Part shown: positions 12,864 to 24,107 of the stretch, piece after piece
Layout: every line of letters starts with the position of its first letter
Numbering within the stretch: the first letter of the stretch is position 1
Assembly: GCF_001194135.2 (NCBI RefSeq)
Contig: NC_068987.1
Coordinates: 60,688,085 to 60,752,084, forward strand
Source: Octopus bimaculoides
Taxonomy: Eukaryota
Direction: 5' to 3'
Length of the DNA stretch: 64,000 nt
Program-made: the position numbers and the translations under genes
The notes under the pieces: generated by a model
The model's database searches: none
Told to the model about the DNA's origin: nothing
What the model saw: only the letters and a program-made list of their open reading frames with translations

Positions 12864-12966
12864 AACAGTGTATCAGATATTAAGTTTTTACTAAGTTTTC
12901 TGTTTGTTGCTTTTGTAAAACTAAATAACAAATAATTTATTTCTTATTTTCTTTTTCTTTTGTTAG

Positions 12967-13060
12967 GAAGCACAGTAGTGGTGATTTACACAGTCGCTTA
13001 AAATCCAGAAAGCTTCTTGGTGTTGGAGAGACTGATGATGGCGATATCCATCGTTCAAAG
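12967..13060 (+). CDS. TP53I11: TP53I11 (tumor protein p53-inducible protein 11) coding exon
   Basis: Pyrimidine tract, TTAG| acceptor and AAG|GTAAAT donor. Translation (x)[31 protein letters not shown] matches the conserved TP53I11 N-terminus (human [33 protein letters not shown], from memory). Confidence 0.93.
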
Positions 13061-13137
13061 GTAAATAATTTATACATCTATATTCATTTCTAAATTGTGT
13101 ATGTATATGTATGTTTATGAAGGCACATGGCCTAGTG

Positions 13138-13472
13138 CAGGGGCTCTCAACCATTATCTATGGACCCCTTTGAATACTATTTTATTCTAGTCCCCCCCCT
13201 AACCATTTGATGTTTAGAAACTAATTTTATAGATCCTTCTTTCAAAATTCATATTTTGTTTTTCACACATTAATTTGTGTAAGTTGAATCATGTAAAATG
13301 TTAGAGAAAGAAACTAAGCTATTTCTTGCAATACATACATCTAAAGCAAAATTTTTTCCAGGGGCACTTAAAATACTATTGTGGATTTTCAATTTACTAT
13401 TTTGTTGCGTGGACCCCAAAAAATCTTATAAGTACCCTCAGGAACCATATGGACTCCAATTGAGAAAGATGG
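13138..13472 (+). mobile_element. hAT-type MITE inserted into the head of a tRNA-SINE
   Basis: 5' end CAGGGGCTCTCAACC, decayed 3' end TTGAGAAAGATGG, 8-bp TSD GCCTAGTG (13130-13137) / ACCTAATG (13473-13480). A related decayed copy lies at ~10140-10385. Confidence 0.65.
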
Positions 13473-14081
13473 ACCTAATGGTTAGGGTGTTGAACTCATC
13501 ATTGCAAGATCGTGGTTTCAATTCCGAGATCGGGAGTGCATTATCTTCAACAAAATACTTCATTTCACATTACTCCAGTTCACTGAACCCTAAATGGGTA
13601 ACCCTGCAATGAACTAGCATCTCATTCAGGGATAGTGTTGGTATACCAGCCCAGCTAGTGGAATGGTATCATTCATAATCTGCAACATTGCAATGAAGAG
13701 CATTGTGACCAGTGGTGTATAACAACATCTGATAGTTTGGTCAATACAGTGATGATGATTGGTGTTAGGAAGGACATTCAACCATAGAAACCATGCGAAA
13801 ACTGACAAATGAAGCTCAGGCAGCCCTCCAGCTGGCCAACTCCTGTCAAACCGTCCAACCCATGTCAGCATAAAAAACGGTTGTTAAATGATGATTTTAT
13901 ATTGTTGTGTCTAGGGAGAGTTATTATGTCAATATTATTAACACACGCACTGGTTCAATTCCACTTCTTTATTATCAGTCAATATGATAACTAAGTTATT
14001 TTACTAAATTCTTTCTTATATTTAAAGTTATTGAAAGAAACACAGAGCATCTCAAAATATATACAGTAACGAAAAGGTTAA

Positions 14082-14208
14082 ACCATTTGCGAGCTGACCA
14101 CTCACTGGTCATTTCGTCATTGATATCGCGAGCAGTTTCAGCTGCTTTACATCCTTTTTTGAAGTTGAATAGCAAAATTGCTCGAATATCGCACTTTGAC
14201 AGTTCCAT
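14082..14208 (-). mobile_element. mariner transposase N-terminal HTH fragment
   Basis: MELSKCDIRAILLFNFKKGCKAAETARDINDEMTSEWSARKWF resembles the mariner/SETMAR N-terminal HTH (IRAIFLFEFKMGRKAAETTRNIN). Confidence 0.8.
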
Positions 14209-15409
14209 TTCAGATGATTGTAACAACAATGAAAAAAATATCAATGTTAATTTATTGATGCATTTGGGCAAGTCTGTGTCTGTATTATCAGACAATTTCA
14301 AAAAAAATGTTTAAAAAGCATTCAGAACTCTTCAAAAATCCAGTACACATTCTTCATGGTTTAAAATATAGTTTACTTTTTACTCAACCTTATATTGTTG
14401 TTTAAATCAGTTTGATTCAACCCCATGGAATTTAGTTTCATGCGCTCGGTACATGAACATACCTCATTGGGCTCTGGCAGCCAATCATATATATATGTGC
14501 ATATGTGTATATATGTGTGTCATATGTATATATGCATGTGCCTATATATATATATATGCAGGAGTGGCTGTGTGGTAAGTAGCTTGGTTCTTATTCTGTA
14601 GGCCTCTTTTTTCCAAACTGCTACTTTACGGGGATGTAAACAAACCAACGTAGGTTGTCAAGTAGTAGTGGTGGTTCAGGTAAACACAAAGACATACGCA
14701 TACATATGTACAACAAGCTTCCATGCAGTTTCCATCTGCCAAATTCATTCACAAGTCATTGATCAGCCCAGGGTTATAGTAGAAGACACCTACCTGCTCA
14801 TGGTACAGCACTGTAGGACTGAACCCCAAACCGCATGGATACAAAGTGAGCTTCTTAATCGCACAGCCATGCCTGTACCTATATGTTTAAGTTGATTTTC
14901 TGAACCACTGAATAGTTGTATTTCAGTGGGAAAAGTGCTTTATTCTAAGTTCACTGCTCTATCTCCATATATTATATTATTTCCTGATACAAGAATCCAA
15001 TCTCTGATACAATCTGATTAATTATAGCCTGTGTACAAATTCTTCCTCCATATTTCTTCTCTCTTATGTCCAAAAGTAACATATGTAAGAGTATGCAACT
15101 AAAATGCCTTTCACTATTTAGCTATGTCCTACTTTATGAGTTTGAATTTCACTGGTGATTAATAGTCAATTAACCAATTAACTCTACTATTTTATTTACA
15201 TAAACTCCATTCTTTGCTTTCTCTTATAATTCTATGACTCCAAGTTCTACCCATTGAAGTATTATGTGTTAACGAGAACAGCTGGAATCTAGTAATATAG
15301 GGTATAAACACAAAGACAATATTTATGTACAGACCAACTGTGGGTAGCATGCTAAAAAATTCTTTCAACATCTCAATTTCTTGTAATTCAGACCATCTTA
15401 CAGGAAAAG

Positions 15410-15860
15410 GTGGTGGACAGTGAAGGAGATGTGCTGGCACAACCACTCTGACTCACAGGGCTTGCACATGCAGATAAGCATCTCCACCCTGATAGCAGTG
15501 AGCAGGTGTATGTCTGGAGGCAAGAATGCTGGAGGTCTCCACTGTCATTGGCTCAACCATAAACCTGTCAGAGAGCAGCTGACACTTTGATAGTTTGTTC
15601 TTCTCGGCCTGATGAGCAGCAGAACCTGGGCTTGTAGCTGAAAACACCAAATTGCCATTGGAGATGGAGTCACAGCATGTGGAATCTCAGATGAGGGGCC
15701 TACTGCCATGAGACAGGAAAATTGTCATACCATCAGGTCGTTTATCCCCTGAAGTTCAAGCAGAGAAGGAAAGCCAACAGTGTTTAGGCCGCGCTTTATG
15801 ATCTTGTTTAGGGCAGCAAGCATTATGTGTTGGAAATTACATAAATGCAAACTCTGTCTC
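15410..15860 (-). mobile_element. Decayed CRE-like (restriction-like endonuclease) non-LTR retrotransposon, 3' fragment
   Basis: AALNKIIKRGLNTVGFPSLLE..GDKRPDGMTIF..LI*DSTCCDS..SATSPGSAAHQAEKNKLSKCQLLSDRFMVEPMTVETS..EWLCQHIS follows the RPDG / WD / AE..K..KY / P.AVET motif order of CRE-clade RLE domains. Confidence 0.75.
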
Positions 15861-17191
15861 ATCTGTCTTTATCAAACCAACCAAGCCATGCCGGCATGGA
15901 AACGAGGATATTAAATAATAATGATGACAATGACGGTCTGTGTTTGCTTCATCATAACTATGTGATTTCAGATTTTGAACTTACTCTTACAGTATTGGGT
16001 TGATTAATTAATTGCCCTGTAAATGAAATTAAGTAGGTGGAAGTGCATTATGTGTTTGTGTATCATCATCATAATTCATAATTTAACATTTGTATTCTGT
16101 GCTGTCATGGATTGGGCAGTTCAACAGGATCCAACAACACCTGTTGTATTTATATAAATATGTGTGTGTATATACCTACATATATGTGTGTGTGTTTATA
16201 TATATTATATATGTATCTTTATAAATGCATGCATATATATTATACACCTGTCTGTATAATTGTTCCCCCCATCACCACTTGACAATCAGTGTTGGTATGT
16301 TTACATCCCTGTTACTTAATGGCTCAGCAGAAGAGACTGATTGAACAAGTATTAGGCATGAAATATAAGCCTTGGGGTCAATTTGTTTGACTAGAACTCT
16401 TCAAGGTGGTGCTCCACCATGGCTGCAGTCAAATGACTGAAACAAGTAAAAGAATAGATACCTGTGTGTATATAAAATGTGTATGTATATATATGTGTGT
16501 GTGTGTATACACACATTCACATGCGCGTGTATTTGTTGTAAAACAGTATTTTCAAACTAAGCAATCTCCACTCATGTCTATGTCCACGTACCATTTTCAT
16601 ATCTTACGAGAAATAAGTACTAGACACCTTTGAAGGCTATGCCTCTGTATATGATTAAAGCCGGTAAAAGAAGGGAACGGCTTCAGTGGAAACACATTAA
16701 CTGTGCAGTGAATAAAGCAATGAATAAATTTACCATTACTCACTGCACTCTTCAAGAACACTAAATGACATTAACATCCTGACATCCCACTCAACAAATC
16801 CACATTCTCAACCACACCCAAACACAAATACACACACACACACACACACACTTCAAAAATTTATTTCTGAAGTATCTCAGTACCTTTCACATAGTACATG
16901 GATGATATCACAATAAAAAAGAGAGAAAAAAATATATTTAGATACATTGTGTGTATTTAGTATTTAAAAATTAGAACCAAATATGCAAAATTTGATCCCA
17001 GATCACTAGTAATATAATCTGTTTTGTCTATTGACAGTGTTAACTCTGCTGGATCCAGAACCAAAAATGATTTATTAAGAATTATATTGTAGGAATGTCT
17101 ATAACAATGTTGCCATCATGATTACAGCCAACACAGAAAATACACCACACCCATAGATAGCAAAACAAAAACAAAAAAAAATTACAATTAA

Positions 17192-17387
17192 CTCTTTTGT
17201 TATCATATTTCTGTTGAAAAAATAAATTCATAATTTAGTAAATTAACTTTATCATCATCAAACTAGTGTTTGGAAACTAAACACTAACATGAAATTCTGA
17301 GGGACAGTTTTAATTTACATCTCTTTAAAACAGGAAGTTTTTATCATAGAGCTAGGGGCAGTGTTCAGTGGTTTAGTATCAAAAGGG
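17192..17387 (-). mobile_element. piggyBac-type MITE (family b)
   Basis: TTAA|CTCTTTTGTTATCATATTTC ... GTATCAAAAGGG; reverse complement of the 26195-26403 type. Confidence 0.65.
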
Positions 17388-18083
17388 TCGAATAACAGTT
17401 ACGTGATGCAAAAAAGTATAATCATAGTTGTGATCTGTTCCAGTTCATATCTGCAACTCCAAACATCTTCAAAAGGTCTGGGCATATCAAAAAAGCAAAT
17501 CTCACCAAAAATGGATGAAATTACAACACTGTTTTAAAATCAGTTTCTTTTCCATCCATTCCAAATAAAACTTGTTTGCGTAACTCATAACTTCCTGCAC
17601 AAGATTGTAAGTTCAGCCATTCCCGAAACACATAATATCACAAAAATCATACTAACCCTGATTACATTCATTTTGGAAGAAATAAGGAACTCTGTAATGT
17701 AAAGATGAGAATTTTAATCTCTTCTATCATTTATTCCTATCCTTTAACAGAATCATTACAGAACTGGGCTTTTTCACATAGAAAATTTTTTTAGCAGAAT
17801 GAAAAATTAAAAGTTAATACATACATATGCACAAACATATATGCATGGTTGAGAAATGTGCTTCCCAATTATGTAGTTTCGAGTTCAGTCCCATTACATG
17901 GAACCTTTGGTGAGTGTCACCTACTATAGTCCTTGGCCATCGAAAACCTTGTTAGTAGATTTGTTAGACAGAAACTGAAAGAGGTCAAACCTGCATATTT
18001 ACATATATCCCAAAGAACCTCCCAAAGTTAGAAATCTCTAATTATTTACATTTGATGGATATTTGTCCTCATCTTGTTTGTTA

Positions 18084-18127
18084 ACACAACATTTCGGCTG
18101 ATATACCCTCCAGCCTTCATCAGGTGT
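18084..18127 (-). ncRNA. Minimal type I hammerhead ribozyme motif
   Basis: Minus strand reads ACAC-CUGAUGA-A-GGCUG-(GAGGGUAUAU)-CAGCC-GAAA-UGUU-GUGU: intact core, 5-bp stem II, 4-bp stem I, loopless helix III. Confidence 0.75.
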
Positions 18128-18299
18128 CTCTTAACCACAACACCATATGCCCGTGGGTATATGGCATTGTGGTTAAGAGTGCAGGCTATTAACCCCAAGA
18201 TTCCAAGTTCGATTCCAGGCAGTGACCTGAATAATAATAATAATAATAACATCAAAAAATACCTTAGGAATGAGAACCCAGGTTTGAAATTTCCCCAAG

Positions 18300-18345
18300 A
18301 CACCTGATGAAAGCCGGAAGGTATATCGGTCGAAAAAAATTGTGT
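18300..18345 (+). ncRNA. Degenerate hammerhead ribozyme motif
   Basis: ACAC-CUGAUGA-A-AGCCG-(GAAGGUAUAU)-CGGUC-GAAA-AAAAUU-GUGU; core retained, helix III altered. Confidence 0.55.
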
Positions 18346-20723
18346 TAACAGCAAAGAAGATGAGGACAAATAGCCATCACATGTAAATAATGTACATAAT
18401 TCCTCATCTCTTAAATATAGAACAGTATCCTCTAATTATTATCCTAGCATGATAAGATTGCCAATGAAAACAATCATACAATATCAATATATGTAATGAT
18501 ACAAACAACAAAACCACCATAAAATCTTTTAACATGTTCAACCCTGCATATAAGGACAACTCAAAATAACTAGACCTCCAAGATATAAAAGATTCAAGGC
18601 AACAACCCTGTCAAACATATATTTCCATCATCAGCTACCTAATGGATATCACTATGATTTCGACTCCTGGGCATTACCGTTCAATCAGCCTGTGTCAACA
18701 ACATGAAAAACAAACACTACATGGAAATCAATAGACAAGTAGCAGGAGGGAAACATTAGAGTAATATGTCCATTTTGTCTATACATGCTTATTATTGCAA
18801 ATGCTAACATCAAATATAAACAAAATTGTATTAAACCTGTAGCTACAATGCATAAAAATTTAAAAGTAGTATCTATAAAACAAAGAAATATGTTCCAAAG
18901 AGGACAGTACTACTTCAAAAACTATAGAATAAAATAGAACTAGCAAACTAAGTGTATTAAGCAAAATTTACTGAACCACCGATACATAACTTGAAAAATA
19001 ATAACAACCTAAGGCATTACTAACCTAGAACTTCAAAGATATAGATTAATTAATAAACATAGACCAATAGATATACTGTTTCGCATTCCATGACACATTC
19101 CAAACAGAAAAGTACACCCAAGACACACCAAATGTAAACCAGCAAAACTATTTTTGAATCAATGTTCTTAAACCATGTGACATTGAAATAGACTTGCAGA
19201 GATCAATATCTATTAAATATAAATTAAATTACAGAAAATAAGTCAACCAAATAAATTCCTTATTTGAAAAAAATGTAAAGAACATAAAATTATAGAGATA
19301 TGACAAAAATTTCCAAACCATAACAAATTACTAACATAAATAAAACAACCAAACTGAATAAGTTACAATTTAATCATGAGACACAAATTGCCTACGACTT
19401 AAAAACAATTCTAAGTAAACTTGTAACTTAATAAACATTATGGGAGGTATTTAATGTAATATTTTCACTGAAAACCTATAAATATTTTTAAAATTATTAA
19501 AACAAACAAATTGTTACAAAAATATTCTTCATTTAAAATAAACACCATGTGCTTCAAAGAAAATAACAAAAATACTCATTTATTAAAAAATAATTATTAA
19601 TTAACCACAGAAGCAGTATTAATACTGAAAGGTAATATTTACCCTCACTTAAAAGTGAATGTAGTGTTAGAACACAGAATACTACGATGGTTGCCTTGAG
19701 AGAACCTCCAATTGTTCAATCAATGGCACTTCCTAATTGAATTGCAGTGTAGATGGATGAGTATTCCACAGCCAACTTGTGCCATTAGCATAATTTACAG
19801 CCATAACAAGCATGACACAATTTGACAAGTTTGGCTCTTTGGCATACAGCTGCAGTTCATCATAGTGTCCAACATTCAGTTTCAATATCAATGCTTTGTG
19901 AATAGAATTGTAGATGGAAACTATATGGAAATCCATCTTACTTGTGTATGTTTTTTGAGCTCCATGTTTCTTTGCATTGGCATCGTTTCAGCAGTACAGA
20001 TGTGTTTATGACTTCCATAAATAAAATGCCTGGCAATGGTTCAACATGCAAAGGAATGGAATAAATATCTTACTTGAAAAACAAGGATTAGTGTCAGGAG
20101 GATAGTATCAAAAGGAAGAACATTGCCTCAAGAAGTTTTGTCCAACTAGTGCTGGTATGGAAAAAACATGTTAAAGCTATGGTGTCAATGAGGATATTGA
20201 TGATGGCACAGAGATGGGGTTCCAACCGGTATTTTTATTTTGATGATTCACACTGGACCCTAAATCAGTAACCCCACTGCCTGATGGGTATAAGATGTAC
20301 TTCTGTACTTCTGTAACTTATGTGAAAGGATCCATTCTCTAAGCATTTCACTGTGTGGATTGCTCTTAGGTATTCATAGTGGTATTTCCATTCTATGGAT
20401 CTATTCAAGAAATACTTAGGACTTAACTTCAGCAGTGCTTGTCTTCAATTAATTCATCTGTATGTGTTGTGCTTCATAGTTTATATACACTTACAACACA
20501 TTAAATGTTGCTTAATTATGTGGTCTATGAATGTCGTATATTATCCAGTTTACAACATTTAAGTTTTCTTGGATGTTAAACACATTAAAATTGTATTTTT
20601 TATTTGGAAATTCAACAATTAATTTCTCTGAAATCTCCCTACTCTCTCGTTACATTTTTTTTCAGTTTATCCATCAAACATTTGTCAGTTTTTTCACGTA
20701 GATACAATTTAAATATATAGCCA

Positions 20724-21109
20724 CAGGAGTGGTTGTGTGATAAGAAGCTTGCTTCCCAACCACATGGTTCCAGGTTCAGTCCCACTGCATGCCACCTTGA
20801 GCAAGTGTCTTCTACTGTAGCCTTGGGCTGACCAAAGCCTTGTGAGTGGATGTAGTAGACAGAAAATGAAAGAAGCCCATCGCACGCGCGCACACACACA
20901 CACACACATATGTGTGTGTGTCTGTGTTTGTCTCCCTCCCCATCACCACTTGGCAACTGGTGTTGGTGTGTTTATGTCCCTGTAACTTAGCAGTTCAGCA
21001 AAAAGAATCCAATAAAATAAGTACTAGAGTTGATTCATTCAACTAAAATTTCCAGGCGGTGCCCCAGCATGGCTGCAGTCTAGTGACTGAAACAGGTAAA
21101 AGATAAAAT
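20724..21109 (+). mobile_element. tRNA-derived SINE, family A (full length)
   Basis: CAGGAGTGGTTGTGTGATAAG...AGGTTCAGTCCCACTGC...central CA/TG tract...TGACTGAAACAGGTAAAAGATAAAA. Confidence 0.85.
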
Positions 21110-21370
21110 ATCTGTATCCTTTCCATAAATATTTCTCAATTCAGTGACCTTCCTAGAATAAACATTCTCTGATGGTAGTGAGAGGGATAACGAGGAGAAA
21201 GAGATACAATAAGACAATAGTATTTATCTGAAGCTCATTTGTATACAAGTCACCTGCTGTGAATTTGAACTCAAAATATAAAATCATTGAAGCATACTTA
21301 AATCATAGTCACACACTATTGCAAAGTCATACACTCCACTGTTTCCCTTTTTTCTTAAAATTAGTTTCAT

Positions 21371-21575
21371 CCTTTTGTTACCATATTTCTATGTTTCTTT
21401 CCTTTAATCTTAAATATAACAAAGAATTTAGTAAAATAACTTAGTTATCATTAAGCTAGTGTTAACATAAATTGTGACTAAGGTTTGGTGGAACATTTTA
21501 CTTCCGCACTTTTGAAACAAGACATTTGTACTACAGAGCCAGAGGCGGTTTTCAGGCGGGTTGGTATCAAAAGGG
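21371..21575 (-). mobile_element. piggyBac-type MITE (family b)
   Basis: Reverse complement of 31961-32178; ends GGTATCAAAAGGG|TTAA. Confidence 0.8.
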
Positions 21576-21784
21576 TTAACATTCACTCACAGATGCAATA
21601 CTTTGGCCCATTGTTAATGTTATATCCTGGAGTCACTGGGTATTTTTGATCTTAAAATATATACCTTCATCCATACAACCTGACTTTGATTGATCAAGCT
21701 TCAGCCTGTGTCAAACCGGCATTTATCGATCTCACTCATCCACCTCTTTCAACCAGAGCCATCTCAATTTCTTTTGTCAGCAGC

Positions 21785-22000
21785 AAGGTGGTGAGGTGAC
21801 AGAAACTTTTGCATGCCGGGTGAAATGCTTAGCGGTATTTCGTCAGTCTTTACTTTCTGAGTTCAAATTCCGCTATGGTCAACTTTGCTTTTCATCCTTT
21901 CGGGGTCGATAAATTAAGTACCAGTTGCGTACTGGAGTCGATCTAATCAACTGGCCCCCTCCCCAAAAATTTCGGACCTTGTGCCTAGAGTAGAAAAGAA
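21785..22000 (+). mobile_element. tRNA-derived SINE, family B
   Basis: GAAATGCTTAGCGGTATTTCGTC...GAGTTCAAATTCCGC...CATCCTTTCGGGGTCGATAAATTAAGTACCAG. Confidence 0.85.
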
Positions 22001-24064
22001 TATTTTATCAGCAGCTTCTACATTCTTGATAGCTCAACTTCTGCTCACTTCTGTAATGCCTAGGCCTTACATTTTTCAATTGCATGTCTTTTACTAGAAT
22101 TAAACCCCCTATGACAGTCATGATAGAGGATATTGTGGAGACAGAGATGTATTAACCCTAATATATGACAGGTACTTACTTCATCAAGTTCATAGGTATA
22201 GATGTCAACTCTGAAAGCTAAACCCAAAATGTAAAGTGATAGGAAAATGCTAATCACAGTGGAAGTTACTCTGAAGCCTGTCACTCAGCTGTTTTCTTTT
22301 CCTTTCATTTGTTATTAATTAATTCCTATCCATTTCGCCATTGGGAAATTTCACTGTCCCACAAATTCAATTTCTCACTGTCACTGAGAAAAGATACAAA
22401 ACACCTTGTAATCAAATATTCTCATTTGATTCATCAGTCATGACAATTTCTGGACAACATTGGTTAAAATATAATTTTTAACAGTTGCTTTAAGGCAATT
22501 TGGTAATTTTACCTCCTATTGCCAACACGGAAAAAGGTTATTAGATGAGTCAACTGGAAAGCATATAATTGGTAATAAGAATGACATTGGAGAAGTTGTA
22601 TAAATGACTTGTCATGTCTAACAGGGAATCATATTCAATGTAGGAATTCACTTTTAAGAAGACAAAGGCTCAGATGAATTTTGATGGAGTTAGCATTTTT
22701 TTACTTCTTCCAATTTTGTATAATGCTGATTTGATATGGGTGAGTTCTATAGCAAGAGAACTGAAATTAGTTCTCAATAGTTCAAAATGTCAATAAAGAG
22801 TAGATTTTGATTCTATAGGGGTTTTTCGATTGAGTACTCTAACTAGCAAAAATAGAGAGCTTCATTAATTTTATTGAAAACACCTTTTTGTTCTTAGCTG
22901 TAGAAATGAGGTGCAAATCTATATCAGCCTTTTCCTTTCCCTTGGACATCGGTGACACGAAGAGGGGAGGCTGGTATGCATGGGTGACTGCTGGTCCTCC
23001 ATAACCAACCTTGCCTAGACTTGTGCCTCGGAGGATAACTCTCTAGGTGCAATCCCATGGACATTCATGACCGAAGGGCATCTTTACCCCTTTTTTTAAA
23101 AAGTAATAAGGAAGGAATTACTTTCTTCAAGAATGTGTTCTCTTTCTTGGACGCATTCTTTCTGTTGCTTTTTCAAACTCATCAGCGTAATTAATCTTCA
23201 TCATTATTGTTTCATCATCCACATTTCTCTGCTTGCATGGGGATAAAGTGGAATTTGTTGTGACAGATTCTCTGCAGCCCTATATGCCCTTTCTGTTGGC
23301 AATCTTCTCTTGTCTCCATGCAAGGTAATATTTCCTCATGACAAGATATGTTTTCACAAAAGATTGGAAATGAATGACACTGCTTGTATGATGGTGACAC
23401 TCGCTTACGACTAATATATAATACAAAAACTAGGAGATACAAAGACACACACACACACATACACGTATGACTCATCATCATCATCATCATCATAAGTCAT
23501 TCTCCATGCTGGCATCAATTGGATGGTTTGACAGGAGCTGACCAGCCAGGGAGTTGCCCAGGCTCCAATCTGTCTGTTTTGACATAATTTCTATGACTGG
23601 ATGCCTTTACTAATGCCAGCCACTTTGCAGGGTGTACTGGGTGCTTTTTACATGGCACCAGCATGTTTGTGTGTGTATACCATCAACATTATGATTTAAT
23701 ATCTTTTCCAGGCTTGTACGTGTATGACAAGAATCTGCTGGGGTAGAATTTTTTAATAGTGAGATGCCTTTCCTGTTGCCACCCCCCACCCCCACTTGTT
23801 TTCAAGTGAGGTAATAATCCACCTGTTTATCAGACAAACTGCCTGGGTATGTTTACTTGGAGAACCAGAAACCAAATGACAATGTTAGTGAAACCATTGT
23901 TTACAAACCAGCAAACAAACACATACACATATATACTCACAAATATATATGCATATATGAGCTTCTTTCAGTTTCCATCTACCAAATCTACTGGCAAAGC
24001 TTTCATTAGGTCAAGACTATAGAAGACACTTGTCCAAGGCGCTGCACAGTAGAAAACATATGAT

Positions 24065-24107
<43 letters not shown>

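Larger units (their letters stand above)
18047..18429. mobile_element. tRNA-headed non-autonomous element with Penelope-like tail and inverted 5' duplication
   Basis: TSD CTCTAATTATT at 18036-18046 and 18430-18440. + unit: A box TGGCATTGTGG (18162), B box AGTTCGATTCC (18206), (AAT)n, hammerhead motif, tail. An inverted copy of the tail occupies 18047-18127 and an inverted copy of the head 18128-18152. Confidence 0.8.

Noticed and set aside
10925-14880. Inverted family A SINE pair flanking the 94-nt exon as a circRNA driver
   Set aside because: The copies are diverged, and with more than 20 family A copies in the window such pairs are expected by chance.
15606-15655. CTGATGA...GAAA hammerhead-like string
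   Set aside because: Stem II does not pair in register, and the sequence is the antisense of the CRE-like coding region.
19640-19960. Possible CR1/L2 fragment on the - strand
   Set aside because: Only a vague LIEQLE-like match; too weak to call.
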